Shown here: piece after piece, positions 36,687 to 44,568 of the stretch
Position numbering within the stretch: position 1 is the first letter of the stretch
Layout: each line of letters opens with the position of its first letter
Source of the DNA: a virus
Lineage: Duplodnaviria; Heunggongvirae; Uroviricota; Caudoviricetes
Direction: 5' to 3' (one strand)
Virus record (IMG/VR): IMGVR_UViG_2595698548_000001
Span: 194,140 to 258,139 of that record
Length of the DNA stretch: 64,000 bases
The notes under the pieces: generated by a model
Seen by the model: only the letters and a program-made list of their open reading frames with translations
What the model was told of the DNA's origin: nothing
Database searches by the model: none
Program-made: the position numbers and the translations under genes

Positions 36687-37379
36687 ATGCGTCAACTCCA
36701 AGTGTTTATGACTGCCGAGGCGCGTACCAAGGCAGAACAATTCTCCTACCAGAATATGGTAGGCGGGGAAATGCAATCGTTCGTGCATATGTTGCAGAAG
36801 CTGCACGAAACCGAAGTGCTCGACGGACATGGCACAGAGGCTACAAAGACTCTGCCGCGCCTCATGGAGATTTTCGAGCGCGCCCAAATTCAACCAGAAG
36901 ATACTGCCGCTACCGCAGCAGGCAAACTCTGGGAACTCTACAGCAATCGACAAGCGATGATCGAGGAGCGCGTTGCGTGCACCTTGCGCGACATCTTCCA
37001 CAAGGCTGATCTGTCTCAGGTCACCTGCGTCGATCTGCCGAACACACAGAAGTTTCCGATCCAGGCGACGTTGCAAATGCGTCCGGGCTGGCAATTCTGT
37101 GTGGCTTATGATGCCCTGGGCGAGCTGAACTGTGGCGTCGGACAGTGGGTCGCGTTTAACTTGATGACCTCTCCGCATACCTGCAGCCGTGAAGTGCTGT
37201 TTGCTGTAAGTACACCCTACGGTCAGCTGGACTACAGCAAGGTCCACCAGCTCGCCCGTAACTTCATCGAGGTGCTGCACAATGAAAATCGAGTTCAAGG
37301 TGATTCCGCCGGGACCACTGCACCAGCAGAAGTCCAACCTACCCAAGGGCAAACGCAACCGCTCCGGTGGAAAGACTAA
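36687..37379 (+). CDS. hypothetical protein (fibre-assembly candidate by position)
   Basis: ATG at 36687 follows RBS AAGAGGAGAA. The track start at 36558 lies inside the upstream gene. Confidence 0.55.
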   Translation: MRQLQVFMTAEARTKAEQFSYQNMVGGEMQSFVHMLQKLHETEVLDGHGTEATKTLPRLMEIFERAQIQPEDTAATAAGKLWELYSNRQAMIEERVACTLRDIFHKADLSQVTCVDLPNTQKFPIQATLQMRPGWQFCVAYDALGELNCGVGQWVAFNLMTSPHTCSREVLFAVSTPYGQLDYSKVHQLARNFIEVLHNENRVQGDSAGTTAPAEVQPTQGQTQPLRWKD

Positions 37380-37488
37380 AGTCTCTGCTAAGCTGGATGC
37401 GGTCAAGGCGCAGAAGCACTTGGCTGAAATGTTGAAGCGGGCCGCCAAACGTGCAGCTCACGACAACTACAAAGAACTGGATCACTAA
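37282..37488 (+). CDS. possible small basic protein (overlapping ORF)
   Basis: A 68-aa Lys/Arg-rich ORF that overlaps the 3' end of the 36687 gene by 98 nt; GAGGT lies upstream. It could be a frame artefact. Confidence 0.3.
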   Translation: MKIEFKVIPPGPLHQQKSNLPKGKRNRSGGKTKVSAKLDAVKAQKHLAEMLKRAAKRAAHDNYKELDH

Positions 37489-37498
37489 GGAGACTACC

Positions 37499-37795
37499 AT
37501 GGGTGTCAGGGAAGTGTTGAAGAAGCTCGGCCAAATCCTGCTTGGTGCGATCCCTCTGTTGCTCGGCGTAGCGGCTGCTGTCGTTCTGCGGCGAACTCCA
37601 GATGATCCTGCAAAGCAACCAGCGCCGAAAGCTCCTGATATGGACAAGGCGGACGAAAACGTCGAGAAGCTGGAAGAAGCGCAGAAAGAACTTGATCAGC
37701 AACATCAGAAGATCGAGGACGTACTGACGCCAAAGCCAGAACCAAAGCCTTCCAAATCGCTGCAGGATGCGGTCGACAAGTGGAACAACGGCTAG
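37499..37795 (+). CDS. single-TM protein with charged C-terminal tail (holin/antiholin-like)
   Basis: ATG at 37499 follows AAGGAG. One transmembrane segment (LGQILLGAIPLLLGVAAAVVL) then a Lys/Glu-rich tail. It sits at the head of the lysis cluster. Confidence 0.45.
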   Translation: MGVREVLKKLGQILLGAIPLLLGVAAAVVLRRTPDDPAKQPAPKAPDMDKADENVEKLEEAQKELDQQHQKIEDVLTPKPEPKPSKSLQDAVDKWNNG

Positions 37796-37852
37796 TTTAG
37801 GGAGGCACTAGCACAATTGCCATGGAGGCACGACGAATATGGGAGTACCAAC

Positions 37853-38233
37853 ATGTTTATGGATGCAGTGAAAGAACTGCTCGGGGTGGAACCGCACCTG
37901 GCGCTGACGTACTTCATGTGCGTTGTCATTGGTGTAGCCCTGAACTGGGCAAAACGCTGCCGAGAGTTGAACATTAGCCTGATGCAGTATTGGACCGCGA
38001 ACCCGATTCGCTCTCAGACTGCCATTATCGGCACTGTGTCCGCTTTCCTGTTCACGATTATCACGGACCCGGAAAGTGGCAAACTCGCGTACATGGCAAT
38101 CGGATTTGCCTGCGATAACCTGCTCAACAAAGCACCTGTAGGCGGTACCGCTGCCGACATCATCGCTCGCCAAGACGCGGCGATCTTGGTACAAGAGCAA
38201 AAACTGAAGGAACTTCAACAAGGTAACGCATGA
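37853..38233 (+). CDS. holin candidate (2-3 TM)
   Basis: ATG at 37853 follows GGGAG. Predicted transmembrane segments ALTYFMCVVIGVALNWA, TAIIGTVSAFLFTIIT and AYMAIGFAC.., with a charged C-terminus. It overlaps the next gene by ATGA. Confidence 0.55.
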   Translation: MFMDAVKELLGVEPHLALTYFMCVVIGVALNWAKRCRELNISLMQYWTANPIRSQTAIIGTVSAFLFTIITDPESGKLAYMAIGFACDNLLNKAPVGGTAADIIARQDAAILVQEQKLKELQQGNA

Positions 38234-38700
38234 TGAAATTGATCGCGCTGTTTCTCTCGCTGGCTGTGTTGACCGGCTGCCAATCGAATCGCATCACAGT
38301 CGAACCCAGTGACCGCTATGCTGATCTGCGGCCAACTGAGGCTGTTCAGGCAACTGCGGCACCGCTGCCTGAATCTCCGAAGTTTCGTATTGTCGAGGCT
38401 AACGGTGAGCAAGTTGCTGCCCTGAACAAGGAGGGTGTCGATAAGCTGACCGCTCTCCGTGACGCTTCGCGGCAGAACGCGGAAGCGCTGGAACTGCTCC
38501 TGACAGCACACAACGGCCTGGTGCAGCAGCGCAACTTGATGCTGGAGAACTTGCGGCTTGAGGAACAGCGCGGCAATTTCTACGCTGAGCAGTACGCCAT
38601 TTCGGAGAACGCTCGGCGTGAACAGTACGATGAGTTCCAAACGGAGCTTCTTATCCACAAGGCCATGATGGTTATCATGGGGATTGCGTTGGTGCTCTGA
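38230..38700 (+). CDS. unimolecular spanin (u-spanin)-like lipoprotein
   Basis: N-terminus MMKLIALFLSLAVLTGC has a lipobox (LTG|C). A coiled-coil middle region is followed by a C-terminal hydrophobic anchor (MMVIMGIALVL). Confidence 0.55.
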   Translation: MMKLIALFLSLAVLTGCQSNRITVEPSDRYADLRPTEAVQATAAPLPESPKFRIVEANGEQVAALNKEGVDKLTALRDASRQNAEALELLLTAHNGLVQQRNLMLENLRLEEQRGNFYAEQYAISENARREQYDEFQTELLIHKAMMVIMGIALVL

Positions 38701-39167
38701 TGGACGAGACTATCTGGATTAGCGAAAACTTCACCCTGTACGATGTGCAGTTCAATGAGATTGCGCACCGTCAGGGTATTGCCAATACGATCACCGATGA
38801 CGCGCTGATCGAGAATGCCAGAAAACTGGCCGACCTCGTCCTGGAGCCAATACTGGCAGACTTCGGTCCTGTGTTTGTTACATCGTGGTATCGGTGTGAG
38901 AATCTGGAGCGCGAGTATCAGCGCAACACGTTTGCCCGTTGGTGCATCAAGAATCGCAAGCCCATTCGGGAAGATGTATGGCAGGAGTTTCTGGCGGACA
39001 AACAAGACCACACCAAAGCGCAGTGCGTAACCCTGCGCGCCAGAGACAACGACGCCCTGTTCGATTTCATCGGGAAGCTGCCTACGTTCGACGTGCTGGT
39101 GCACAAGACCCACTGGGTGAGCGTGTCGATAGGCGACTCCAATCAACGACGAATCATCCACGAGTGA
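38700..39167 (+). CDS. endolysin candidate, peptidase M15 (DUF882/L-Ala-D-Glu peptidase)-like
   Basis: The N-terminal ..SENFTLYDVQF...GIANTITDDALIENARKLADLVLEPILADFGPVFVTSWYR.. matches the Peptidase_M15_3 signature (NFTL.E...GI.N.P....NL..L...VLEP.R..FG.PI.ITSGYR). The downstream H/D zinc ligands are not clearly conserved. Confidence 0.55.
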   Translation: MDETIWISENFTLYDVQFNEIAHRQGIANTITDDALIENARKLADLVLEPILADFGPVFVTSWYRCENLEREYQRNTFARWCIKNRKPIREDVWQEFLADKQDHTKAQCVTLRARDNDALFDFIGKLPTFDVLVHKTHWVSVSIGDSNQRRIIHE

Positions 39168-39171
39168 CGCC

Positions 39172-39492
39172 ATGCAGCCTGCAAACTACGCGCCGGTATA
39201 CGCTTGCGTTTACGCCCAGTTGGCAGAAGTAACCCGCCAGCATGGGTATGCCTTGTCAATTCACGGCAGCTTGGCTGCTGATTTCGACCTGGTGTGTATC
39301 CCTTGGGTGCCAAAGGTGAGTGAACCCCAAGTCGTTGTTGACCACATCACCAGCACGTTCGCAATCGAACAGGTGACAGGCTTCGAGCGGAAGGAGCACG
39401 GCCGTATCGCAACGACCATCAGCTTCTCATTCGGTGAATGTCGGCTGGACCTGTCATTCATGCCAATTGTCAAAGGAGAGCAGCCAGCATGA
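39172..39492 (+). CDS. hypothetical protein
   Basis: ATG 4 nt after the upstream stop. Confidence 0.5.
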   Translation: MQPANYAPVYACVYAQLAEVTRQHGYALSIHGSLAADFDLVCIPWVPKVSEPQVVVDHITSTFAIEQVTGFERKEHGRIATTISFSFGECRLDLSFMPIVKGEQPA

Positions 39493-40055
39493 TGCTCGCA
39501 ATCGCCATGGGCTTGCCAAGTCGCTACGCGATTGGTCAGGAAGTTTACTTCCACCCAAACATGTTCAAGATCACGCCGATGAATCTGCGCCTTGCGTTCA
39601 TAGGCCGCATCGAAAAAGTCCAGTTCAGCGACTCCAAGGTGACGTATGATCTGGCGCTCCTGGTAGAAGAAGCCGATGCAGATGGTCACATTGAGCAGCG
39701 CTTCTACGACGCGATCACCGTCAAGGATGTGGACAGCACGTTCGTGTCCACGTATCAGGACATCTGCACGGAGCACGCCCGTACTCTGCGCCTGCAGACC
39801 GAAGAGGAAATTCGCCAGAATCCAGAATTGGGCAGCAAAGGCTACACCATGAAGGAGAAACTGGCTAGACTGAAAGATCGGCGGCAGGGTGCTTGCTCTG
39901 TCGAAGAAGCTCAGCAGGTAGCCTCCGACATCAAAGAGGGCAGCGGTACGTTGCTCACAGAACAAGAGGTAAGGGAGCGCGCTGCGGTTCGCTTCTACGA
40001 CGGCCTCGAAACCCTTCGCATTCGATATAAGGAAGAGACTGATGGCTGTGCGTAA
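39489..40055 (+). CDS. hypothetical protein
   Basis: ATG at 39489 (ATGA overlap). The track start at 39438 is upstream and in frame. Confidence 0.5.
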   Translation: MMLAIAMGLPSRYAIGQEVYFHPNMFKITPMNLRLAFIGRIEKVQFSDSKVTYDLALLVEEADADGHIEQRFYDAITVKDVDSTFVSTYQDICTEHARTLRLQTEEEIRQNPELGSKGYTMKEKLARLKDRRQGACSVEEAQQVASDIKEGSGTLLTEQEVRERAAVRFYDGLETLRIRYKEETDGCA

Positions 40056-40767
40056 GCAAAGCGGCTGCGTGGTGTTTCGCTACGACCGCAACTTCGACTA
40101 CGAAATCCTACTGGTGAAGTCCAGTGACGGTAAGGATTGGGTGTTCCCCAAGGGCGGCGTCGAGAAGCACTTGACGCCCAAGCAATCGGCAGCCAAAGAG
40201 GTGTATGAGGAAGCTGGTGTTGCTGGCCGCATCCTATCGACTCTCGGCAAGTACGAGTACCAGAAGCAAGGTAAAGATCAAAAAGTCACGATGTATGCGA
40301 TGATGTATGAGCGCGACACCGATGACTGGCCGGAGAAGCATCTGCGCAAGCGGAAGTGGTTCAAGATCAAAGACGCCAAGAAGAAGCTTCCGAAACTGCT
40401 CAAGCCTTTCTTGGATGAGTTGAAGCAAGCCAACATGTTGGCGCTCAGCTCCAGCAATGTCATGGATCAAGTTGGCCAGCACCTGCGAGAGTTGCCGGTG
40501 TTGGTCGACCACGCTGGTGAAGTCGAAGTGTCGCCTGATGAGTCTGTCCAAGTGGTTCTCGCTAACGGTGAGGATCGACTGACCATGCGCATTGAGGACT
40601 GGGGCCAGCACCCTCTTTCGCAGAAGATGACCATTCACTACGACTATGAGCACGAAGGACGTGAAGGCAAGCACTTCAAGCACACGTCGCTGCAAGGCGT
40701 AGCTGGTGATGTGGCAAGGATTGCAGGTCGTTTCCTCAGTGGACACCTAGCGATGCCCAAAGGGTGA
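40042..40767 (+). CDS. NUDIX hydrolase with C-terminal extension
   Basis: Nudix box GGVEKHLTPKQSAAKEVYEEAGV, the G-x5-E-x7-R/K-E-U-x-E-E-x-G-U pattern. Confidence 0.8.
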   Translation: MAVRKQSGCVVFRYDRNFDYEILLVKSSDGKDWVFPKGGVEKHLTPKQSAAKEVYEEAGVAGRILSTLGKYEYQKQGKDQKVTMYAMMYERDTDDWPEKHLRKRKWFKIKDAKKKLPKLLKPFLDELKQANMLALSSSNVMDQVGQHLRELPVLVDHAGEVEVSPDESVQVVLANGEDRLTMRIEDWGQHPLSQKMTIHYDYEHEGREGKHFKHTSLQGVAGDVARIAGRFLSGHLAMPKG

Positions 40768-40770
40768 CCT

Positions 40771-40962
40771 ATGTCTGTCATGGGAAGACGCGATTCGCCA
40801 ACTGCTAGTCCGTGTGTTGGCCGTTGCAGCCATTGTGTCGGCGATGCGATATGCAGAGGATGTGGTAGGACACTCGAAGAAGTGCGCGATTGGAACTCCT
40901 ACTCCGATGATGAGAAGATCGAAGTCAAGAAAGCATGTATGCAACGGAAACGGGAGCCCTAG
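40771..40962 (+). CDS. DUF1289-like Cys-rich small protein
   Basis: Motif CVGRCSHCVGDAICRGCGRTLEEVRDW, matching C-x-G-x-C...C-x-G-C-x-R-T-x-E-E-I-x-x-W. Confidence 0.6.
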   Translation: MSVMGRRDSPTASPCVGRCSHCVGDAICRGCGRTLEEVRDWNSYSDDEKIEVKKACMQRKREP

Positions 40963-40981
40963 GGCTCCCGTTGTTGTTTCC
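40951..40981 (+). terminator. intrinsic terminator for the + (late) transcripts
   Basis: Stem CGGGAGCC / GGCTCCCG with loop CTAG (containing the TAG stop), followed by TTGTTGTTTCC. Confidence 0.65.
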
Positions 40982-40986
40982 GCACG

Positions 40987-41011
40987 CAAAAGAAAGGGAG
41001 CCGAAGCTCCC
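40987..41011 (-). terminator. intrinsic terminator for the - (early) transcripts, UUCG tetraloop
   Basis: On the minus strand it reads GGGAGC-UUCG-GCUCCC followed by UUUCUUUUG. It sits at the convergent junction with the previous terminator. Confidence 0.65.
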
Positions 41012-41137
41012 TGTCACCGCTATGGTGCCGACCATCTGGTCTTCCACTCTTTGACCCGAGTCGTGGTATCTCGGAGATAGCGGATCACCTCCTGCTGCAA
41101 GAGCAGAGAGACAACCTCTCTAGCCCGCAACGATAAA

Positions 41138-41410
41138 TTACAGAGTGATCGCCATAGCAACTGACGTGGTGATTCCACGAGAACTCAGGCGAGTCTCGAA
41201 TGCGCGCTTGGACAGCCGTGCTGCCATGAGCATCGTCTTGAACCTGCCATAGTAACTCACGGCGTTCCTTTTCTTGGCTTCTTCCATGGCCTTCTGGACG
41301 AAGTAGATGTACTTGGCGTGATCACGGATCGAATGGATGGCTTCGATCTTCTCCATGAGGTTGGACAACACCCGTCGATCTTCGCCTGTCATGACATGCG
41401 CTTTGTTCAC
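41138..41410 (-). CDS. hypothetical protein
   Basis: Last gene of the minus-strand block. Confidence 0.5.
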   Translation of the reverse strand: MNKAHVMTGEDRRVLSNLMEKIEAIHSIRDHAKYIYFVQKAMEEAKKRNAVSYYGRFKTMLMAARLSKRAFETRLSSRGITTSVAMAITL

Positions 41411-41460
41411 AGCAACTCTCCTAAGCAGTGGTTGCAGGTAAATTAGCGCCCAAATAGAAA

Positions 41461-41490
41461 GACCCCGACAGCATTACCTGGTACGGGGCC
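41461..41490 (-). terminator. possible weak intrinsic terminator
   Basis: On the minus strand: GGCCCCG..(16)..CGGGGUC then UUUCUAUUUGGG. The stem is imperfect. Confidence 0.3.
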
Positions 41491-41498
41491 TGTGTTAC

Positions 41499-41849
41499 TT
41501 ACGCTGCGTAGTGGTCAAACACGGCTTGTTGGAATCCGGCTGTCAGCTCGCGCTTCACAGCACGGCTCAGTTCAGACTCTCCGTGTGCCTGGAGGAGATA
41601 CCAGAACCCTTTGCCCGGCAGGCCTTTATCTTGGCCGCTCTTGCGCACCACGATCGAGGTCAGTCTCGGCACTCGCTCGGCTTCGCACGCATGGAAGATT
41701 TCTCCCAAGATTGGCGAGAGCGTAGCGCCGAGAGCATTGCCGGAACTGGGCAGACCCAGCGCCAATGCAATCTCCTCATAAGTTGTGGTCTTCCCTAGGG
41801 TAGCCTTCGCTTCGAGGAAAAGTTTGACTGCTTTGGTTACGTTTGCCAT
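41499..41849 (-). CDS. MGMT/Ogt DNA-binding-domain-like protein lacking the active-site Cys (ATL-like)
   Basis: ..TTYEEIALALGLPSSGNALGATLSPIL...ERVPRLTSIVVRKSG..GKGFWYLLQAHG resembles the Ogt C-terminal fold (tYgeiA...G.P.a.RAVG.A...NP...iPCHRVV..G.lGGY......K..LL..EG), but the PCHR motif is replaced by VPRLTS. RBS AGGAGAAA. Confidence 0.4.
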   Translation of the reverse strand: MANVTKAVKLFLEAKATLGKTTTYEEIALALGLPSSGNALGATLSPILGEIFHACEAERVPRLTSIVVRKSGQDKGLPGKGFWYLLQAHGESELSRAVKRELTAGFQQAVFDHYAA

Positions 41850-41862
41850 GTGGCTTTCTCCT

Positions 41863-41880
41863 GACCATCGTGTGATGGTC
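41863..41880 (-). promoter_or_regulatory. perfect palindrome GACCATC-GTGT-GATGGTC abutting the RBS of the 41499 gene (operator or 5'UTR hairpin)
   Basis: 7-bp arms with a 4-nt spacer, ending 1 nt upstream of the AGGAGA Shine-Dalgarno. Direct repeats TGCCAGC x2 lie just upstream (41891-41909). Confidence 0.4.
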
Positions 41881-41921
41881 TATAACACTGCCAGCGAAAT
41901 TGCCAGCAGATTCGTTTGCGC

Positions 41922-42548
41922 TTAGCTGGCTGCGTCAGCCAACGTGCGCGGATTCAACGGCTTGCGGTTGTCTTCTACGGACACCAGATGTGCCGCATGT
42001 TGCAGCGAATTGCGGTGCTCGTAGCTGCTCAGGCTGCGGCGGATGTCTTCGAGCATCTGCACCTGGCGCTCCAGTTGATCGAGCATGACTACGGCACACT
42101 GCGGCGTTGGAAGAGTGCTCTCCAACAGGAACATCGGATTCGCCTCCAGTTTGATGCCCTTGGTTTCGATCAGTGCTTTCAGATCGGCGATGCGCTTGTT
42201 CAACGCAGCCGCGCACTGCAACGCAATCTTCTGCGTGGTGCCGATCATGTACTGGAACGGCATGCGCTCGGCTTCGAGCAGCGCTGCCAGTTCTTCCCAG
42301 GTGCGGGTGCCCAGTTCACTGTCCCGATCTTTCAGCACGTCCATCGTCCACAGAGCAACCACGACCTCACTTTGCTCGGATAGCGTGCGGAAGAACATGC
42401 CGCTTGTGATGATCAGGTAGTTGGTGCCTTGGTGTGACTGGTACGGCCAACCCTGAATGTCCTTCCAGTCTTTGCTGGTCAGTGCTTCGCCCATTTCTCG
42501 GGTCAGCATGTACAGGTAGCCGAACTTCGCTTTATCACGCATTGCCAT
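41922..42548 (-). CDS. hypothetical protein (possible antirepressor/KilA-like, weak)
   Basis: No firm motif. Confidence 0.5.
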   Translation of the reverse strand: MAMRDKAKFGYLYMLTREMGEALTSKDWKDIQGWPYQSHQGTNYLIITSGMFFRTLSEQSEVVVALWTMDVLKDRDSELGTRTWEELAALLEAERMPFQYMIGTTQKIALQCAAALNKRIADLKALIETKGIKLEANPMFLLESTLPTPQCAVVMLDQLERQVQMLEDIRRSLSSYEHRNSLQHAAHLVSVEDNRKPLNPRTLADAAS

Positions 42549-43202
42549 TTACACTACTCCATTCTTGTTGATGGCGAACCCTTCTCGTTCTGCCCATTTG
42601 TCTACAACTTCTTTTGCAGCGTGGTCCCAATTGGTCTTGCGGTCCTGCTTGAAGTCGTTCCAGACTTGCGAGCAGTCGGCCATCTTGGGGATGTTGCCAT
42701 GCAGCGAATTACCATCCTCACGCAACTCATACAACACGTCTTCGGTGACGATACTGCGAGCGCAGTGCCGCTTCGTGCCCGGGTAGCCGTCAATGTACAC
42801 CAAGTCCCAGAAGGCTGAGTTGGGAAACTGCACCCAGATCATATCCCCATCGCAGCGGACTCGCTCCGCCCACGCTAGGGCCGTCACCGAAGACTCGAGG
42901 CGAGTGAACTTCAAGCACTCATCCCACAGATCGGCACGGTGAGTGCGTGTGTAGTCATCGGCCTCAACAGTTGGCACGGGGTGTTCCGTACGGATGCTCA
43001 GATCGCTTCCCCGCCACGCATGTGCCAAATGATTGCGCACGCGCTCGATTTCCTGCAGTGACTTACGGCGACCCGCGGGTTTTGGCGGCGGGATCGGATG
43101 CCACGTTCCGCTGGGTGTTTGACGCAGCGCGTGTTCGTACTCCAGCAGAAGCATCTGGTAGGCTAAGTGCTCCAGATGTTGAATCTCATGCGGTCGGTGC
43201 AT
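42549..43202 (-). CDS. hypothetical protein
   Basis: Contiguous with the downstream gene. Confidence 0.5.
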   Translation of the reverse strand: MHRPHEIQHLEHLAYQMLLLEYEHALRQTPSGTWHPIPPPKPAGRRKSLQEIERVRNHLAHAWRGSDLSIRTEHPVPTVEADDYTRTHRADLWDECLKFTRLESSVTALAWAERVRCDGDMIWVQFPNSAFWDLVYIDGYPGTKRHCARSIVTEDVLYELREDGNSLHGNIPKMADCSQVWNDFKQDRKTNWDHAAKEVVDKWAEREGFAINKNGVV

Positions 43203-43701
43203 CTTCTGCCTCCAGATTGGCGAGCGCAGTGGTGATGTTGCCGTAGATGATCAGAGAACGCGCCAGCCGATACGCATACCGTGCGCGCTCATTCGGATGC
43301 ACGGTGATCTTGCGCGTCTCCTGGAACTGATGCCATTGTGCGCTCAGCTTCCGTGACAGCGTTTCTTCGTCGTTCTGGCCGTCGAAGTTGAACGAGTGCA
43401 GCGCCCGCATTATGGCGAAGTGGGCCTCGCCGTTGTGTTTGTCCCGCAACATGCGCAGCTCGCCGCTTTTCTCATGCGGCATGGTACGGTACAAGCCGAT
43501 TACGGCGTAGCACTGTCGATTGCCTTCAAACCACTGTGCGATAAACACGCCGCGAGTCCTGCTCTTGGACAGGTCAGGTTCGACTAGCCCGCTAAACCCA
43601 GGCCGTGCCGCGATGTCACGCAGCGCCTGAATTTGGTGCTCGGTAAAATTGAGCACGTCGTTGTCGATGAATGTGTTTCCGCTGAGTTGGACGTCGGTCA
43701 T
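43186..43701 (-). CDS. hypothetical protein
   Basis: 17-nt overlap with the next gene. Confidence 0.5.
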   Translation of the reverse strand: MTDVQLSGNTFIDNDVLNFTEHQIQALRDIAARPGFSGLVEPDLSKSRTRGVFIAQWFEGNRQCYAVIGLYRTMPHEKSGELRMLRDKHNGEAHFAIMRALHSFNFDGQNDEETLSRKLSAQWHQFQETRKITVHPNERARYAYRLARSLIIYGNITTALANLEAEDAPTA

Positions 43702-43994
43702 GTTCGTGTGTTCCGTGCGTGAGTTTCCAGATGCGGCAGGCCTAGTTCATCAGCGAGTTCGCGCTCTCTCGGCCACAGCCAGTTCGTATCCAGCATACCC
43801 CAATGCTCAAGTCGGTATTGCACATCTTCTCCGGCGCCGAACGTCGCAATCTTCACCGACAACTTCTTTGCATGGTCTCGAATAACCCGAGTGATCGCTG
43901 GCTTGGGTAACGTAGTGGCCGCCATAAGTTCATTCAGTGTGTGATGCCCTTTTGCCAGTGCCATCAGCACATAGGCAGTGCGTTTCACGTTCAT
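43698..43994 (-). CDS. putative winged-helix DNA-binding protein
   Basis: ..HTLNELMAATTLPKPAITRVIRDHAKKL.. resembles a helix-turn-helix. Confidence 0.4.
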   Translation of the reverse strand: MNVKRTAYVLMALAKGHHTLNELMAATTLPKPAITRVIRDHAKKLSVKIATFGAGEDVQYRLEHWGMLDTNWLWPRERELADELGLPHLETHARNTRT

Positions 43995-43997
43995 GGA

Positions 43998-44522
43998 TCA
44001 CCAGTCAAAATGTTGTGGTCTCTTGTACGTACGGTATCCGCGTCTGCCGTTCTTGGTGTTGCGGTGCGTGTCCAGCTGCGGACCTATGTCGGTAAGCTCA
44101 CCGAGTTTCCACTTGCCGGTGTACAAGCACAAGCACATGCCGATAAACTGCCACTTCGGACCTACGCGGAAATCCTTTTGGTCTTCTTCTGCCTTATCGC
44201 AGGACAGTTTGTCACAGCCTGCGATCTTGTAATACTCGATGCCTTCCGTCTCGTGCAAGTCACCCAAGTGAATTGCAACAAGATCGGTGCACATAAACAT
44301 CGTGCGTCGAAATTCGTTGGCCACGCGGTTTGCGTAGCGTATCGCTCTGACTTCGTTCCCATACCTACTGGACGACTCTATTGCTTTCGAGTACAGCGGA
44401 GGGAACGCACCGCCTGGGCGGCGAGCGTTGTGGAGAGTGCAAATACGCTCAACCAGTTCCCGCGAGCAGCCTGAGAACACAAAGGCACGCTTCGAGGAGT
44501 GGGACACTGCGTACACGGACAT
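43998..44522 (-). CDS. hypothetical Cys-rich protein
   Basis: RBS GGGGAAGAG. Confidence 0.5.
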   Translation of the reverse strand: MSVYAVSHSSKRAFVFSGCSRELVERICTLHNARRPGGAFPPLYSKAIESSSRYGNEVRAIRYANRVANEFRRTMFMCTDLVAIHLGDLHETEGIEYYKIAGCDKLSCDKAEEDQKDFRVGPKWQFIGMCLCLYTGKWKLGELTDIGPQLDTHRNTKNGRRGYRTYKRPQHFDW

Positions 44523-44539
44523 AACTCTTCCCCTATGGA

Positions 44540-44559
44540 AAGCGGCCCGAAGGCCGCTT
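44540..44559 (-). terminator. UUCG-tetraloop hairpin downstream of the SPFH gene (terminator/stabiliser)
   Basis: On the minus strand: AAGCGGCC-UUCG-GGCCGCUU, a perfect 8-bp stem, then UUCC.. and only a short U tract. It lies 17 nt upstream of the next start codon. Confidence 0.45.
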
Positions 44560-44568
44560 GTGGATCGC

